The position numbers and the translations under genes are program-made. A DNA stretch of 64,000 nucleotides from an uncultured bacterium. Lineage in GTDB: Bacteria; Oederibacteriota; Oederibacteriia; Oederibacteriales; Oederibacteriaceae. The notes under the pieces were generated by a model. It worked only from the letters and a program-made list of their open reading frames with translations, was not told the DNA's origin and did not search any database. Positions 29,126-39,493 of the stretch are shown piece after piece (within the stretch, counting starts at the first letter, position 1; every line of letters starts with the position of its first letter). The stretch spans positions 640,001 to 704,000 of the forward strand of contig OZ218778.1 in NCBI GenBank assembly GCA_965112635.1, written 5' to 3'.

Positions 29126-29260
29126 TGGTGCGAGGGGGGGAGTTGCCTTACGGTCATCGCTCTTTCGAGTGATGCCTCCAGGCTGGGCTCGCTGTCCACC
29201 CTCCGGGTGCCGGACAGCTCCGCCCTTCAACTCCCCCAAGCAAACGCTTCCACGTTTGCC
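29126..29260 (-). repeat. tRNA-Leu-linked palindromic element with a duplicated tRNA 3' end
   Basis: 29126-29145 repeats the tRNA-Leu 3' end (CAACTCCCCCCCTCGCACCA, one C shorter); 29226-29237 is its inverted copy; three internal or adjacent hairpins. Confidence 0.75.
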
Positions 29261-29308
29261 TATTATGACTCGCTAATCTTTTGTTTTGCTGATACTTCAC
29301 CAATGTAA

Positions 29309-29392
29309 TGGTGCGAGGGGGGGGAGTTGAACCCCCACCCGGTTAAGGACTGGATCCTAAGTCCAGCGCGTCTGCCATTCCGCCACCCTCGC
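29309..29392 (-). tRNA. tRNA-Leu(TAG)
   Basis: GCGAGGG acceptor stem, CTGGA-CTTAGGA-TCCAG anticodon arm, variable arm, GGGGG-TTCAACT-CCCCC T-arm, CCA. Confidence 0.97.
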
Positions 29393-29460
29393 TTAGGCCT
29401 GCAAAAATATTATAGCGCGTTTCCTTACAGGCCTAAGCGCATCGAAAAGCTATTCGATGC
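29390..29460 (-). repeat. Copy B of the short structured element, at the tRNA-Leu 5' junction
   Basis: Plus strand cgcttaggcctg...GCGTTTCC-tta-caggcctaagcg-ca-tcgAAAAGCtattcga. Confidence 0.75.
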
Positions 29461-29540
29461 TGCAACCAATTACTTTCAAACCTAATATTACTTTACCTTT
29501 GAGCAGATTTACACTCCAGATTATATCCATGAAGGCTCAT

Positions 29541-29585
29541 TTGACGCCCTCCGGAAAGTTTAATATAATACCTGAACTTTTCCGA
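29541..29585 (+). promoter_or_regulatory. Sigma70 promoter of the GH38 gene with an overlapping inverted repeat
   Basis: TTGACG-N17-TATAAT; imperfect dyad cggaaagtt...aactttttccg flanks the -10 box. Confidence 0.7.
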
Positions 29586-29612
29586 CCTCAATGAATGTTT
29601 GAAAGGGGACCT

Positions 29613-32447
29613 ATGGATAGAGTCGAGGTTTTACTGGCGGAAGCCAAGAAAAAATACGCTTTCGGTTATTGGGCCGAGCGATTCATCGCCGAGATGCAAT
29701 ATCTGCGGGAGATCTCCAAGCTTCAGAAAGACCGCCTGGACGGCCAGATCGCGGAACAGCTGGAGGCGGTCCTCAAAAGCGCCCGGCAGGACGGCGCCAT
29801 CGTCAAAGCCTCGGTCCTCAACGCTGAGCATTCCCTCGCCTCCCTGGAAAAAGAAGCCAAAAAATACACCCTCAACTGCATCGGCCACGCCCACATCGAT
29901 ATGAACTGGATGTGGCGTTGGGACGAGACGGTCGGTATTGCTCTTGAGACTTTTCGCACGGTCCTGGACCTGATGCAGGAATACCCCGCTTTTACCTTTG
30001 GCCAGTCGCAGGCCTCGGTCTACAAAATTGTCGAGACTTACGCTCCGGCCATGCTGGACGAGATCAAGTTCCGCATCGAGCAGGGCCAATGGGAGGTTTT
30101 GGCCTCCCACTGGGTCGAGGCGGACAAGAACATGCCCAGCGAAGAAAGTTTCGCCCGCCATCTCCTCTACACCAGAAAATACATGACCAACCTCTTAGGG
30201 TTGGACCCGCAAAGCCTGGATATTGACTTTGAGCCGGATACTTTCGGTCACAGCCTCCACGTCCCCGAGATCCTGGCTTCCGGCGGCGTGAAGTATTACT
30301 ACCATTGCCGGGGTGGCCAAGAGCACGTTCTTTACCGTTGGTTCGCGCCTTCAGGCCGGTCTGTCCTGGTTATGCAGGAACCTTACGGATACAACAATGT
30401 CATCAGGGCCGATTTCGGCGTATGCGTCCCGGCTTTTTGCGCCAAACATGGCCTAGACAACATGCTCCGCATCTATGGGGTGGGCGACCACGGCGGAGGC
30501 CCAACCCGCAAGGACCTAGCCATGTTTACGGACATGGCTTCGTGGCCTCTTTATCCTCAGACCACATTTGGAACCTTTAAAAAATTCTTCAAGGATGCCG
30601 AGGTCCGCGAGAAAAAAACCAAGCTTCCTGAAATAAAAATAGAACGGAACTTTATCTTTACAGGCTGTTATACTTCGCAGTCGCGGGTCAAAAAAGCCAA
30701 CCGTCTTGGGGAAGCCGCCTTGCAAGAATCCGAGGCCCTGTGCACTTTTGCCTCCCTGTTCGGTCAGGCTCCGGCCCCGGATAGGACCATGTTCGAGACG
30801 GGTTGGACTAACATCCTTTTCAACCAGTTCCACGACATCCTGCCCGGCTCCCACATCATGGATACCAGGGAATACGCCATGGGTCGTTTCCAGGATACCT
30901 TGGCTATCACTTCCTCGCAAAAGATCCTGGCCATGCGGGCCATCGCCAATCATGTCAACACTTCTGCTTGGATTGAAGAACCGGGCAACCTTCTGGAATC
31001 GGAGTCCGAAGGCGCCGGCGTCGGTTTTGGCATCGATGACTTCAAGATCTCCCAGACCGGCCGGGGACAGGGCCCAACCCGTGTTTTCCTTGTTTTCAAC
31101 CCCTCCACCTTCAACCGCGAAGAGAACACGGAATTCGTGGTGTGGGACTGGCACTATGACCTACGCAGGATCTCATTCCAGGACAGCGAAGGCAAACCCG
31201 TGACCCACCAGCTCCTCACCTCCGATCAGACCAACTACTGGGGCCATAAATTTATCCGCGTGCTGGTCAAGGTCAAAGTGCCTGCCTGCGGCTACAACAC
31301 TTATATCCTCAAAGAAAAGCCAGCCCAGGCCCAACCCATCAAATCCTCTTTGGAAGACCCTTTGAACAATGGCTTACGGGAATTCCCAGATACTTTTGTC
31401 CTGGAGAACAAACACCTCAAAGCGGTTTTTAGTGTCCAAAACGCCTCTCTGGTCTCCCTTTTGGATAAGACAACCGGAGAGCAAATGACCGATTCCGCGA
31501 ATGTTACCGGTGTGTTCCGTCTGGTCGAGGAGGATGCTTGCAAGGGCATGTCCGCTTGGTTCACGGGCAGGTACATGAACGTTCATCCCTTGGTGGAGAA
31601 CATCAAGATGTCGTCCATACCTGAGGCTAAAGGCCCTTTGAGGCAGTCTTTTTACTACGAAGTTAATTTTGGGAGGTCGAAGCTCAAAGCAACGGTTTCC
31701 CTGGATGACAACCAACCTAGGCTGCACTACGGCGTGGAGGTGGACTGGTTGGAAGTGGGCAAACCCAACGATCGGATACCCCAGCTCAGCTTTTATCTAG
31801 GCCTGCCCTACCCCTGCACCCAGTACCAGTACGGTGTGCCCATGGGTACTCTGGTCCGCGAACCCATGGATATGGAAATGCCTTCCTTGGGTTGGGCCAT
31901 GGCCCTGCGCAAAGAAAAGAGCAAAACCCGCCTAATGCTTTCCAGCGACACCAAGTACGGTTACCGGGGCGACGGTAAAAGCCTGGCTGTTTGCTTGATC
32001 CGCGGCTCTTTTGACCCTGATCCTTTCCCTGAGCTTGGCCAGCACCGGTTCAACCTTTCGGTCTGCTTGGTCCGGCCCTGTGCCAATAACGAACTGTTGG
32101 ACCAGACCATAGATTCCTACCGTACTTTGACCGTTTTCTCCTCCACCGCTCACAAAGGGACCCTACCGGCCAGCAACAGTTTCTTCAGCCTGGATAAAGG
32201 TACGGTCAGGATATCCAGCATCAAAAACGCCGACCATGGTTTCGGGGCCCTGGTGGTCAGGATGTTCGAATGCGAAGGCAAGAAAACAAGGGTGCAGATA
32301 AGCTTTGCCAAACCGGTCAAAAAGGCCTATGCCCTGGACGTGCACGAGCAAAAAACGGGCGAAGAGCTGGGGATAAAATTCCAGGGGGATATGGTCGTCT
32401 TGGACGTGCCGGCCTACCGTCTCGTCAACCTCGGCGTGGAATTTTAG
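29613..32447 (+). CDS. GH38 alpha-mannosidase
   Basis: GHAHIDMNWMW, WVEAD, PDTFGH, YGVGDHGGG, GCYTSQ, NQFHDILPGS. Confidence 0.95.
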   Translation: MDRVEVLLAEAKKKYAFGYWAERFIAEMQYLREISKLQKDRLDGQIAEQLEAVLKSARQDGAIVKASVLNAEHSLASLEKEAKKYTLNCIGHAHIDMNWMWRWDETVGIALETFRTVLDLMQEYPAFTFGQSQASVYKIVETYAPAMLDEIKFRIEQGQWEVLASHWVEADKNMPSEESFARHLLYTRKYMTNLLGLDPQSLDIDFEPDTFGHSLHVPEILASGGVKYYYHCRGGQEHVLYRWFAPSGRSVLVMQEPYGYNNVIRADFGVCVPAFCAKHGLDNMLRIYGVGDHGGGPTRKDLAMFTDMASWPLYPQTTFGTFKKFFKDAEVREKKTKLPEIKIERNFIFTGCYTSQSRVKKANRLGEAALQESEALCTFASLFGQAPAPDRTMFETGWTNILFNQFHDILPGSHIMDTREYAMGRFQDTLAITSSQKILAMRAIANHVNTSAWIEEPGNLLESESEGAGVGFGIDDFKISQTGRGQGPTRVFLVFNPSTFNREENTEFVVWDWHYDLRRISFQDSEGKPVTHQLLTSDQTNYWGHKFIRVLVKVKVPACGYNTYILKEKPAQAQPIKSSLEDPLNNGLREFPDTFVLENKHLKAVFSVQNASLVSLLDKTTGEQMTDSANVTGVFRLVEEDACKGMSAWFTGRYMNVHPLVENIKMSSIPEAKGPLRQSFYYEVNFGRSKLKATVSLDDNQPRLHYGVEVDWLEVGKPNDRIPQLSFYLGLPYPCTQYQYGVPMGTLVREPMDMEMPSLGWAMALRKEKSKTRLMLSSDTKYGYRGDGKSLAVCLIRGSFDPDPFPELGQHRFNLSVCLVRPCANNELLDQTIDSYRTLTVFSSTAHKGTLPASNSFFSLDKGTVRISSIKNADHGFGALVVRMFECEGKKTRVQISFAKPVKKAYALDVHEQKTGEELGIKFQGDMVVLDVPAYRLVNLGVEF

Positions 32448-32625
32448 ACTGGTAAAAAATTAGCTTCCCAATCTTGTCCAGGACCCAAAGACCTTATAGA
32501 CATTGTCGGCTCTGGCCTAGGGCAGTGTCCATAACTGATGCGTTACCCTTTCCGGCCTTTTAAATTCCAGGGTTTGATATACCAATTCTCGGGGGCTTGT
32601 CATAGTCAACCTTATCCTGTCCGGG

Positions 32626-33957
32626 TCAGGAAATATGCTTGAACTGGGGTAAATACGCCCGGTTCTTGAGGAACATCTGCTTGACCATTTTCTTGATCTC
32701 GGCCAGGGAAAGGACCGCCGAGGTCAGAGGGTCATAGTAAATGGCGTGGTAGATCTTAGCAGGGTCCCCGGTGAGACTGCCTTCCACGGCCAGTTCCTCG
32801 ATGCCGGCACTGATATTGTTAAGGATGGCGCAGGATTCGGGCAGGCGTCCCACCTTGAGGGGATCCAGGCCCCGCTTGGACGCCAGGATAGGTACTTCCA
32901 CGCAGGCTCCCCAGGGCAGGTTGTCGATGAGCCCAAAGTTCCTCACGTTGCCATTGAACTCGAACATCGTATGGTCGCCGAAGATGGCGTTAAAGATAGA
33001 GGCCGCGTATTCATGCCCTCTCGACAGGTCCAGAGGTTTGGGGTCCTGGATCCACTGGCTGTATTCTTTTTTCCACACTTTGTCCATCCTCATATACTCA
33101 TGCATGATATAGGCGTAATGCCCCGGGTTCCAGTTCGTGCCTTTCGTGCAGTACTTTTTGATAAGGTCCGGCCTTTTGCGGAACCAAGCATTGTACTCGG
33201 AATTATGCCCGCTGGATTCCGTGACATAGTAACCCAGGTGCAGGTACATCTCGTTTCTCACCTGCTCGGCGTTGTAGACCTTGGGGTTGGTGGTGATGGC
33301 TTTGCAAATAAGAGGATAAGCGTCTTCCCCGTTCCATTTATAGTTGAGATACCAGGCCTGGTGGTTGATGCCAGCGCACAGATAGGAGGTTTCCTCGATG
33401 GGGGCGCCGATCCATTCAGCCAGCATATGTGCGGTGCCCTGCACGCTGTGGCATAGTCCGGTCAGTTTGACCTTGGAGGCTGCCTGCATGGTGCGGCAAA
33501 GCATGGCCATGGGATTGGTGTAATTCAAAAGTGTCGCCTTGGGGCAGTAGCGCTCGATGTCCCTGCAGATGCTCAGCATCACCGGGATGGTCCTGAGGGC
33601 CCGGAAAATGCCTGATGGCCCGCGAGTATCCCCGATATTGATGTCCACTCCGTATTGCTTGGGGATCTCGATGTCGTATCGCCAGACATTGACCCCGCCG
33701 GCCAGGATGGTGACAAGGACCCCGTCCGCTCCTTCCAGGGCCTTTTTGCGGTCCCGGGTGGCCAGGAGTTTCGCGGGATAATGTCCTTCCCGGATGATCC
33801 TCTCCACAGCCTGTTTGATCATCTGTAGTCTTCCCGGATGAATATCCATCAGGGCAATGGTGCAATCCTGCAACGCCGGATGGGTCAGGATATCCCTCAC
33901 CAGTCCCCGGGTGAAACCAAAACTCCCCGCACCAATGAACGCGATCTTTTTAGACAT
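32626..33957 (-). CDS. melA: GH4 NAD+-dependent alpha-galactosidase
   Basis: [58 protein letters not shown]. Confidence 0.92.
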   Translation of the reverse strand: MSKKIAFIGAGSFGFTRGLVRDILTHPALQDCTIALMDIHPGRLQMIKQAVERIIREGHYPAKLLATRDRKKALEGADGVLVTILAGGVNVWRYDIEIPKQYGVDINIGDTRGPSGIFRALRTIPVMLSICRDIERYCPKATLLNYTNPMAMLCRTMQAASKVKLTGLCHSVQGTAHMLAEWIGAPIEETSYLCAGINHQAWYLNYKWNGEDAYPLICKAITTNPKVYNAEQVRNEMYLHLGYYVTESSGHNSEYNAWFRKRPDLIKKYCTKGTNWNPGHYAYIMHEYMRMDKVWKKEYSQWIQDPKPLDLSRGHEYAASIFNAIFGDHTMFEFNGNVRNFGLIDNLPWGACVEVPILASKRGLDPLKVGRLPESCAILNNISAGIEELAVEGSLTGDPAKIYHAIYYDPLTSAVLSLAEIKKMVKQMFLKNRAYLPQFKHIS

Positions 33958-34007
33958 GTCTCCTCCTGTATAGGATCAAGAATAATACCGCCAGCCGTGA
34001 TTGGGGA

Positions 34008-36116
34008 TCAAGGCTGATGGGTAAAAGGAAAGGCTTCGCGGAAAGAACTCTCCGGCCTGTGCTGGGCCTGCCTGGAACCTAAAGCCTGCAGTCTCCCCTG
34101 CACCGTCGTATATTCGGGCTGCAACTCCATGACTTTATGGTATTGCTCCACAGCCTCCACTTCCAGACCTATCTTAACAAAAAAATCTCCGATGGTTAAG
34201 AAGGTTAGGGCCTGAAGCCTGGTCTTGGCCTTGGAATTCAGGGGACGGATCGCCAGGGCCCTCTGGTACTGGCGGAAGGCTTGCTCAAAAAAGTCCTGGT
34301 TGACAAAAATGTCCCCGACAAGGAGCAGGGTCTTGACCTGTTGTTCCGGGTCATCGGATAATTTGGACAGATAAGATTCATCCAGCGGTTCTGTCTCGAG
34401 CAGAAATTTGAGCTTGTGCGCCGCGTTGAGGTTGGAGGGATCGTGCTCCAGGGCGCTGATCAGGTTGGACCAGCAATGCGTCTTGTCTCCCTGGTCCAGG
34501 TAATGCTGGGCCAGGCCGACCATTTCCGCGCTGGCCTCTTTCGGCATGCCCTTCTTGAGGTATATCTCAATGATCGCATTCCGGAGCATCAGATTCAGCG
34601 GGGCGATTTTCAGGGCTTTTTGGCAGATATCCAAAGCTTTGTTCCACTCCTGTTCCTTCATCAGGGACCGGGTTGCCTGCATGAATTTCAAGGAGGCTTC
34701 GGCGGCATTTCCTTTTTTAACCAGTAAATTTCCCAGCGAGGTTAAAGCCGTTGTGTTGGAAGGGTCGAATTTCAGCACCTTCTCAAAGGTTGTGACAGCC
34801 GAGTCGTCATTTCCCATGAGCTGGTGGACCAGGGCCAGGTGGAGCAAGGCGCCCTCGTGGTTCACCACGTAGCGCAAAATGGTCTCCAAGCTGGTCTTGG
34901 CCTGGGGGACCATTCTTTTTTTCAGGTAAGCCAAGCCCATTATGTAATATCCGTTAATATTTTTGAGATCAACCGCCTTCTGGGCCGCTTGGATAGCTTG
35001 GTCCAGGTCGCCATGGTCGAACATACCCTCCGCAGCCCTGAAAAATTCCGCCTTGGCCTGTTCTTCGTCTCCCTCTTTTAAATAGGTCTCCGCAAGGTGA
35101 AACCGCAGGGTAAAGTTATTCGGCTCTGCTTCCAGTTCCTTTTGGATCTCGCTGGCGGTCTTTTTATGAGGTTCCGGAACCTGCGAAACGGGAGCGGTCT
35201 GCTTTGGTTTTTGGGCCGAAACGCCGAGGAACCGCATCATCTCTTCGCTGCCGTGGAATATTTCCTGCACTTTGCTGTCCAGCGTTCCCTGGGCCTCTTC
35301 TTCCTTGTGGATACCAAGGTCCCGGACCACCAGTTCCACGATGGTAGGGCCGATAACCTCTTGTTTGGTCAAAAAACCTTCCATCAGGCAGTTGTCACAG
35401 ATGGTGTTGAGCAAGCGGGGAATACCCTTGCTGTACCTAAAAAGGGTTTGCATGGCCTCCGGTGAGAAAATATCTTTGGGATTCCCAGCCACGGCCAAGC
35501 GGTGCCGCACGTAGCCCCTAGTATCTTCCTCGTCCATCAGCTTGAGATAGAACTTCACGGAAATGCGTTGCTGAAATGGTGGATCCAGGGCCATGTTCTT
35601 TTCGAACTCGGGCAAACCCATCAGGACCACGGAGATGAGCCGGCTTTCCACAGTCTCGAAATGCAAAAGCGAACGCAAAACTTCGAATAGGGCCTGCGAC
35701 CGGATCATACTGGCCTCGTCGATGATGATCACGGCCTTCTTGCCCTGCTCATCAATCTCCAAAAGACGGTTAAAGAGCGCTTTGAGGATACCCGACTTGT
35801 CCATGGGCGGGTCCATCACGCCCATCTGCATAGCGATCTTGCTTAACAGCCATTCCGGGGTGACATCGCCATGCACCATGACGAACATCCCGATCTCGCA
35901 ATTTTCTTCCTGAAGGCCGTTGAAAAGCTTATGGGCAAGCATGGTCTTTCCGGCCCCCATCTCACCTATCATAATAACCAAGCCTTTGCGGTTGTTCACC
36001 CCGTGAAGTAGGCGCACCAGGGCGTCCTCGCATTGCTTGCTGTGATAAAAGAAACGGTCGTCCGGAGTTAGGGAAAATGGAGAGATATTGAGATTATAAT
36101 ATTTTTCGTAACTCAT
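34008..36116 (-). CDS. ExeA/GspA-family AAA ATPase fused to TPR repeats
   Basis: YYNL...PFSLTPD, GEMGAGKT, IIIDEA, GIPRLLNTICD; C-terminal TPR array. Confidence 0.88.
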   Translation of the reverse strand: MSYEKYYNLNISPFSLTPDDRFFYHSKQCEDALVRLLHGVNNRKGLVIMIGEMGAGKTMLAHKLFNGLQEENCEIGMFVMVHGDVTPEWLLSKIAMQMGVMDPPMDKSGILKALFNRLLEIDEQGKKAVIIIDEASMIRSQALFEVLRSLLHFETVESRLISVVLMGLPEFEKNMALDPPFQQRISVKFYLKLMDEEDTRGYVRHRLAVAGNPKDIFSPEAMQTLFRYSKGIPRLLNTICDNCLMEGFLTKQEVIGPTIVELVVRDLGIHKEEEAQGTLDSKVQEIFHGSEEMMRFLGVSAQKPKQTAPVSQVPEPHKKTASEIQKELEAEPNNFTLRFHLAETYLKEGDEEQAKAEFFRAAEGMFDHGDLDQAIQAAQKAVDLKNINGYYIMGLAYLKKRMVPQAKTSLETILRYVVNHEGALLHLALVHQLMGNDDSAVTTFEKVLKFDPSNTTALTSLGNLLVKKGNAAEASLKFMQATRSLMKEQEWNKALDICQKALKIAPLNLMLRNAIIEIYLKKGMPKEASAEMVGLAQHYLDQGDKTHCWSNLISALEHDPSNLNAAHKLKFLLETEPLDESYLSKLSDDPEQQVKTLLLVGDIFVNQDFFEQAFRQYQRALAIRPLNSKAKTRLQALTFLTIGDFFVKIGLEVEAVEQYHKVMELQPEYTTVQGRLQALGSRQAQHRPESSFREAFPFTHQP

Positions 36117-36279
36117 CGGAATTGCCTCGGCTTGGATGAGACACTTAAGATAATATGAAATTTATACCTGGTGTTCATGGTTGTCAAACGATTAAAAAAA
36201 CAAAAAAGCCTGGGTTTTAGCTCCACTGTTTCTTTTATAAATGCTACATTATGGCCAGGAGGTTTTCTAAACTGCCAAA

Positions 36280-37797
36280 ATGAACCCCATTAACCCAAAA
36301 TCATCGCTTTGGCCCCGCTACCCTTATTTATGGATCTGTCTGCTCGGATTCCTTGTTTATGCTTACTCTCTGTCTTTTGAAATCATCTACCTTGATGATA
36401 ATTCCTATTTTATTGACAACGCTCATTTCCTTTCTGATATCAACAACATTTTCAATATTTTTCAATTCACTCCTTATATAAACCATTCCGGCACCTATTA
36501 CCGCCCTATCCCGACTGTGACTTATATGCTTAACATGTTTTTAAGCGGCAGCTCCTTAGTTGGCTTGCACCTGGGCACCATCCTCGTCCACCTTTGTGCA
36601 GCCTGCCTTCTTTTTTTGTTCTTTTCCAAATTAAAATACCGGCGTGCGTTTAGCTTTATGGTAAGTATGGTTTTTGTAGTCCATCCTTGTCTGGTTTCTT
36701 CTGTGGCCCACATCCCCGGCCGCAACGAATCCTTGCTGGCAGCCTTTTTTTTTCTCTCTATGATAACTTTTATCAATTATACGGATAATCCGAAGTGGTC
36801 GAATTATTTTCCCCACCTCTTTTGTTTCGCCCTGGCTCTATTCACTAAGGAATCCGGCCTGATAATCCCTCTTCTGTGTATCCTCTACACATTGTTAATA
36901 AAGAAAGAAAACGTCCTCTCTATCAAATATTATCTTTTGGCATTTTCTTGGCTAATCATCGCTGGTTTCTGGTTCACGCTCAGGGACAACGCCATCGGCC
37001 ATTACCCCGGGGTCACCGTCTCCAAGATTTTCCTCAATATGATTGCGGCTACGCCGGTGGTCCTCCAGTATTTAGGTAAAATGCTTTTACCTTTTAATCT
37101 CTGTGCCCAGCCCCTTCCCCAGGACACGACCTATATCTACGGCATCCTCAGCCTGATTCTTGTCTGCGCTGCTGTTTTTTTGACCAAAACCCGTCGGAAT
37201 AATTATTCGCTCTTTGGACTGACCATCTTCCTGTTGTTCATGTATCCTTCTTTGTCCATGACCTTTACCCTGAAATCTTCTGTGGGGCTGATCGCTCCCG
37301 AACACAGGGTCTATCTTCCCCTCATTGGCCTTGGAGTGATACTTCTGGAAACGGACTTCTTTCGTCGTTTCGACCCCGCTAATATCTTGCACAAGGGTTT
37401 ATGGGCAGGCTTGCTTGTCTTATTTAGCGGTTTGACGCTTTTACATAGCAACACTTTCAGGGACAGGCAGACCTTTTGGTTGAGCGCGGTCTCTACGGCC
37501 CCTGACAGTTCCTTTGCCCATACTAAATTGGGTTCCACCTTTTATGATTTGAAACGGTTTGATCTCGCCGAACAGGAATTCCAAACTTCCCTTCGGATCG
37601 ATCCTCAAGAAGTTTCCTCCCTCATTAATCTGGCCGGCATTGACACGATGCAAAAACATTATGCCGAGGCAGAATCCTTGCTTGATCAAGTCCTGGCTAT
37701 AGAGCCTGAAAACCAGGACCTTCGGGCGGTGGTCCAGAAAAGACTCGCAGACATTCACAAGAGGTTAAAGCAGGAAAGAACCGGGACTGGGAAATAA
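36280..37797 (+). CDS. TMTC-like polytopic membrane protein with C-terminal TPR (GT-C, protein O-glycosyltransferase-like)
   Basis: LDD, YYRP, HP...SVAHIPGRNE, FTKES, EHRVYLP motifs; TPRs. Confidence 0.85.
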   Translation: MNPINPKSSLWPRYPYLWICLLGFLVYAYSLSFEIIYLDDNSYFIDNAHFLSDINNIFNIFQFTPYINHSGTYYRPIPTVTYMLNMFLSGSSLVGLHLGTILVHLCAACLLFLFFSKLKYRRAFSFMVSMVFVVHPCLVSSVAHIPGRNESLLAAFFFLSMITFINYTDNPKWSNYFPHLFCFALALFTKESGLIIPLLCILYTLLIKKENVLSIKYYLLAFSWLIIAGFWFTLRDNAIGHYPGVTVSKIFLNMIAATPVVLQYLGKMLLPFNLCAQPLPQDTTYIYGILSLILVCAAVFLTKTRRNNYSLFGLTIFLLFMYPSLSMTFTLKSSVGLIAPEHRVYLPLIGLGVILLETDFFRRFDPANILHKGLWAGLLVLFSGLTLLHSNTFRDRQTFWLSAVSTAPDSSFAHTKLGSTFYDLKRFDLAEQEFQTSLRIDPQEVSSLINLAGIDTMQKHYAEAESLLDQVLAIEPENQDLRAVVQKRLADIHKRLKQERTGTGK

Positions 37798-38637
37798 TCA
37801 CCCTTGCTGGGCGATAATTTTATTCTTTAACTTCCCTATCTTCTCAATCTCAACTTCGACCACATCCCCTGGTTTCATAAATAAGGGAGGGTTGCGGAAC
37901 TGGCCCACCCCGCTGGGCGTCCCGGTGGAAATGATATCTCCGGGATAAAGGGTGATGGCCTGGGAGATAAAAGCAATGAGGTAAGGGACTTTAAAGATCA
38001 TTTCGCTGGTATTGGAGTTTTGCACCAATTCTCCGTTCAACCTGCACTGGATGGACAAATGGCTGGGGTCCGGGATCTCCTCAGGCGTCACCAGCCACGG
38101 CCCTAGGGGCGCAAAGGTGTCCAAAGATTTTGCCCTGACCCATTGGCCGTCAGCGGCCTGGATATCCCTGGCGCTGACATCGTTGCAAATCGTATAGCCT
38201 GCAACATAATTCAGGGCTTTGGCTTCTGGAACAGCTTTAGCCTGCCTTCCAATCACGATGGCCAGTTCAGCCTCAAAATCCAACTTTTGCGTAATGGCCG
38301 GATGGATGATGAGGTCGCCGTCCCCGACGATGGCCGAGGGAAACTTGGAGAACAAGACCGGAGACTGGGGCATAGGAAGATTATTTTCCTTGCAGTGGTC
38401 CAGGTAATTAAGACCCACGCAGATGATTTTGGACGGCTCGGTCACCGGCGGCAAAATCTTCACGCCACTCAGGCTGAGGAATGGTCCCTGGTGCGGCACT
38501 TTGAACAATTTCCCCAAGCCTGGGTCCTGCTTTAGAAGTCCGACGAGGTCCGGCGTCAGCCCGGTATCCACAAGACCTTCCCTATGGACAATGCCAAGTC
38601 TTGACCTGCCTTGATGGGAAAATACGGCTATCTTCAT
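37798..38637 (-). CDS. Fumarylacetoacetate hydrolase family protein
   Basis: KIICVGLNY, DFEAELA, NDVSARD, AKSLDTFAPLGP, PGDIISTGTPSGVG. Confidence 0.95.
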   Translation of the reverse strand: MKIAVFSHQGRSRLGIVHREGLVDTGLTPDLVGLLKQDPGLGKLFKVPHQGPFLSLSGVKILPPVTEPSKIICVGLNYLDHCKENNLPMPQSPVLFSKFPSAIVGDGDLIIHPAITQKLDFEAELAIVIGRQAKAVPEAKALNYVAGYTICNDVSARDIQAADGQWVRAKSLDTFAPLGPWLVTPEEIPDPSHLSIQCRLNGELVQNSNTSEMIFKVPYLIAFISQAITLYPGDIISTGTPSGVGQFRNPPLFMKPGDVVEVEIEKIGKLKNKIIAQQG

Positions 38638-38646
38638 AGGGAGGGA

Positions 38647-39426
38647 CTAGACCTTGTGGTACTGCGTGGCCGTGGCATAGGCGCCATCGCTGAGTTTTTT
38701 GAGGGTGAAATCGGCAAAAATATTGGGGGCTTCTTTTTGCATGACTTTGAGTAGTTCCACGGCCAGGGCCCGTATCTCCACATCCGCGTGCTCGCTTCCC
38801 CGGAGTTCTATGAAATGGCGTAGGGCCCGGGCATTGGCCGAAACGAAGATCTTGGTCTCCGTGGCGTTGGGCAGCACGCTCCTGGCCGCCTGCCGGGCCA
38901 TTTTGCGGGCTAGGGTCTTATCCTCCACGGTCTCGTGCTTCTTTTCCAGCCCCTCTACCAGCCTGGTATAAGCTCTGCGGGAGGTCTCCACGGCCTCGAC
39001 CCAGATCTTGTGCAGCTCCGGGTCTTTGGCGATGTCCCCCGGCTCGATGACGTCCGACTCGGCCTCGTTGACGTAGCGCTGGGAAAGCTGGCTGTAGCCA
39101 AACCCAGCCCTATGCCTCACCAGCTCGTGGGTGAGCGATCGGGACACGCCGGTAAAGATGAAGTTCCACACAGTGTGCTCCAGCACGCTTCCGTGGCCCG
39201 ACTCCAGGATATGGTGGATATACTCCTTGTTGGTCTTCCTGCCTTTGCCGTAGGACAGGTAACAGATGCGGCCGGCGATCTCGGGGAGCTGTTCTCCCCC
39301 GATCTGGGTGTCTGTGCCCCAGGTAAATTCGTGGTCAGCCAGAAATTTTTCCACCTCACTCTGGTGCACCTGCTGGCTGCCAATCAAGTAAACTTTTGGT
39401 TTGTTCACGATCTTCATAGTCAACAT
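38647..39426 (-). CDS. thyX: FAD-dependent thymidylate synthase
   Basis: AGRICY, GHGSVLEH, SR..THELVRHR...YSQLSQRY, ARSVLPNATET, NARALRHF. Confidence 0.95.
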   Translation of the reverse strand: MLTMKIVNKPKVYLIGSQQVHQSEVEKFLADHEFTWGTDTQIGGEQLPEIAGRICYLSYGKGRKTNKEYIHHILESGHGSVLEHTVWNFIFTGVSRSLTHELVRHRAGFGYSQLSQRYVNEAESDVIEPGDIAKDPELHKIWVEAVETSRRAYTRLVEGLEKKHETVEDKTLARKMARQAARSVLPNATETKIFVSANARALRHFIELRGSEHADVEIRALAVELLKVMQKEAPNIFADFTLKKLSDGAYATATQYHKV

Positions 39427-39493
39427 TGCTCCTGTTTTGAGGAATGGATTGAGTTTAGCAGAGGTTGGGACTAAAACAACCCGTGAGCGGGGT

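Noticed and set aside
29096-29239. N-terminal extension MGELKGG... of the membrane protein ORF
   Set aside because: It runs through the tRNA-linked palindromic element; a better RBS and TTG start lie at 29095.
29390-29460. Elements A-D as integron attC sites or hammerhead ribozymes
   Set aside because: No RYYYAAC/GTTRRRY boundaries, cassette ORFs or integrase; GAAAC is present but the CUGANGA core is not.
32500-32570. Hairpin plus gcgttacc between GH38 and melA as a fifth element copy
   Set aside because: No AAAAGC hairpin at the expected distance and no convincing complementarity to the flank.
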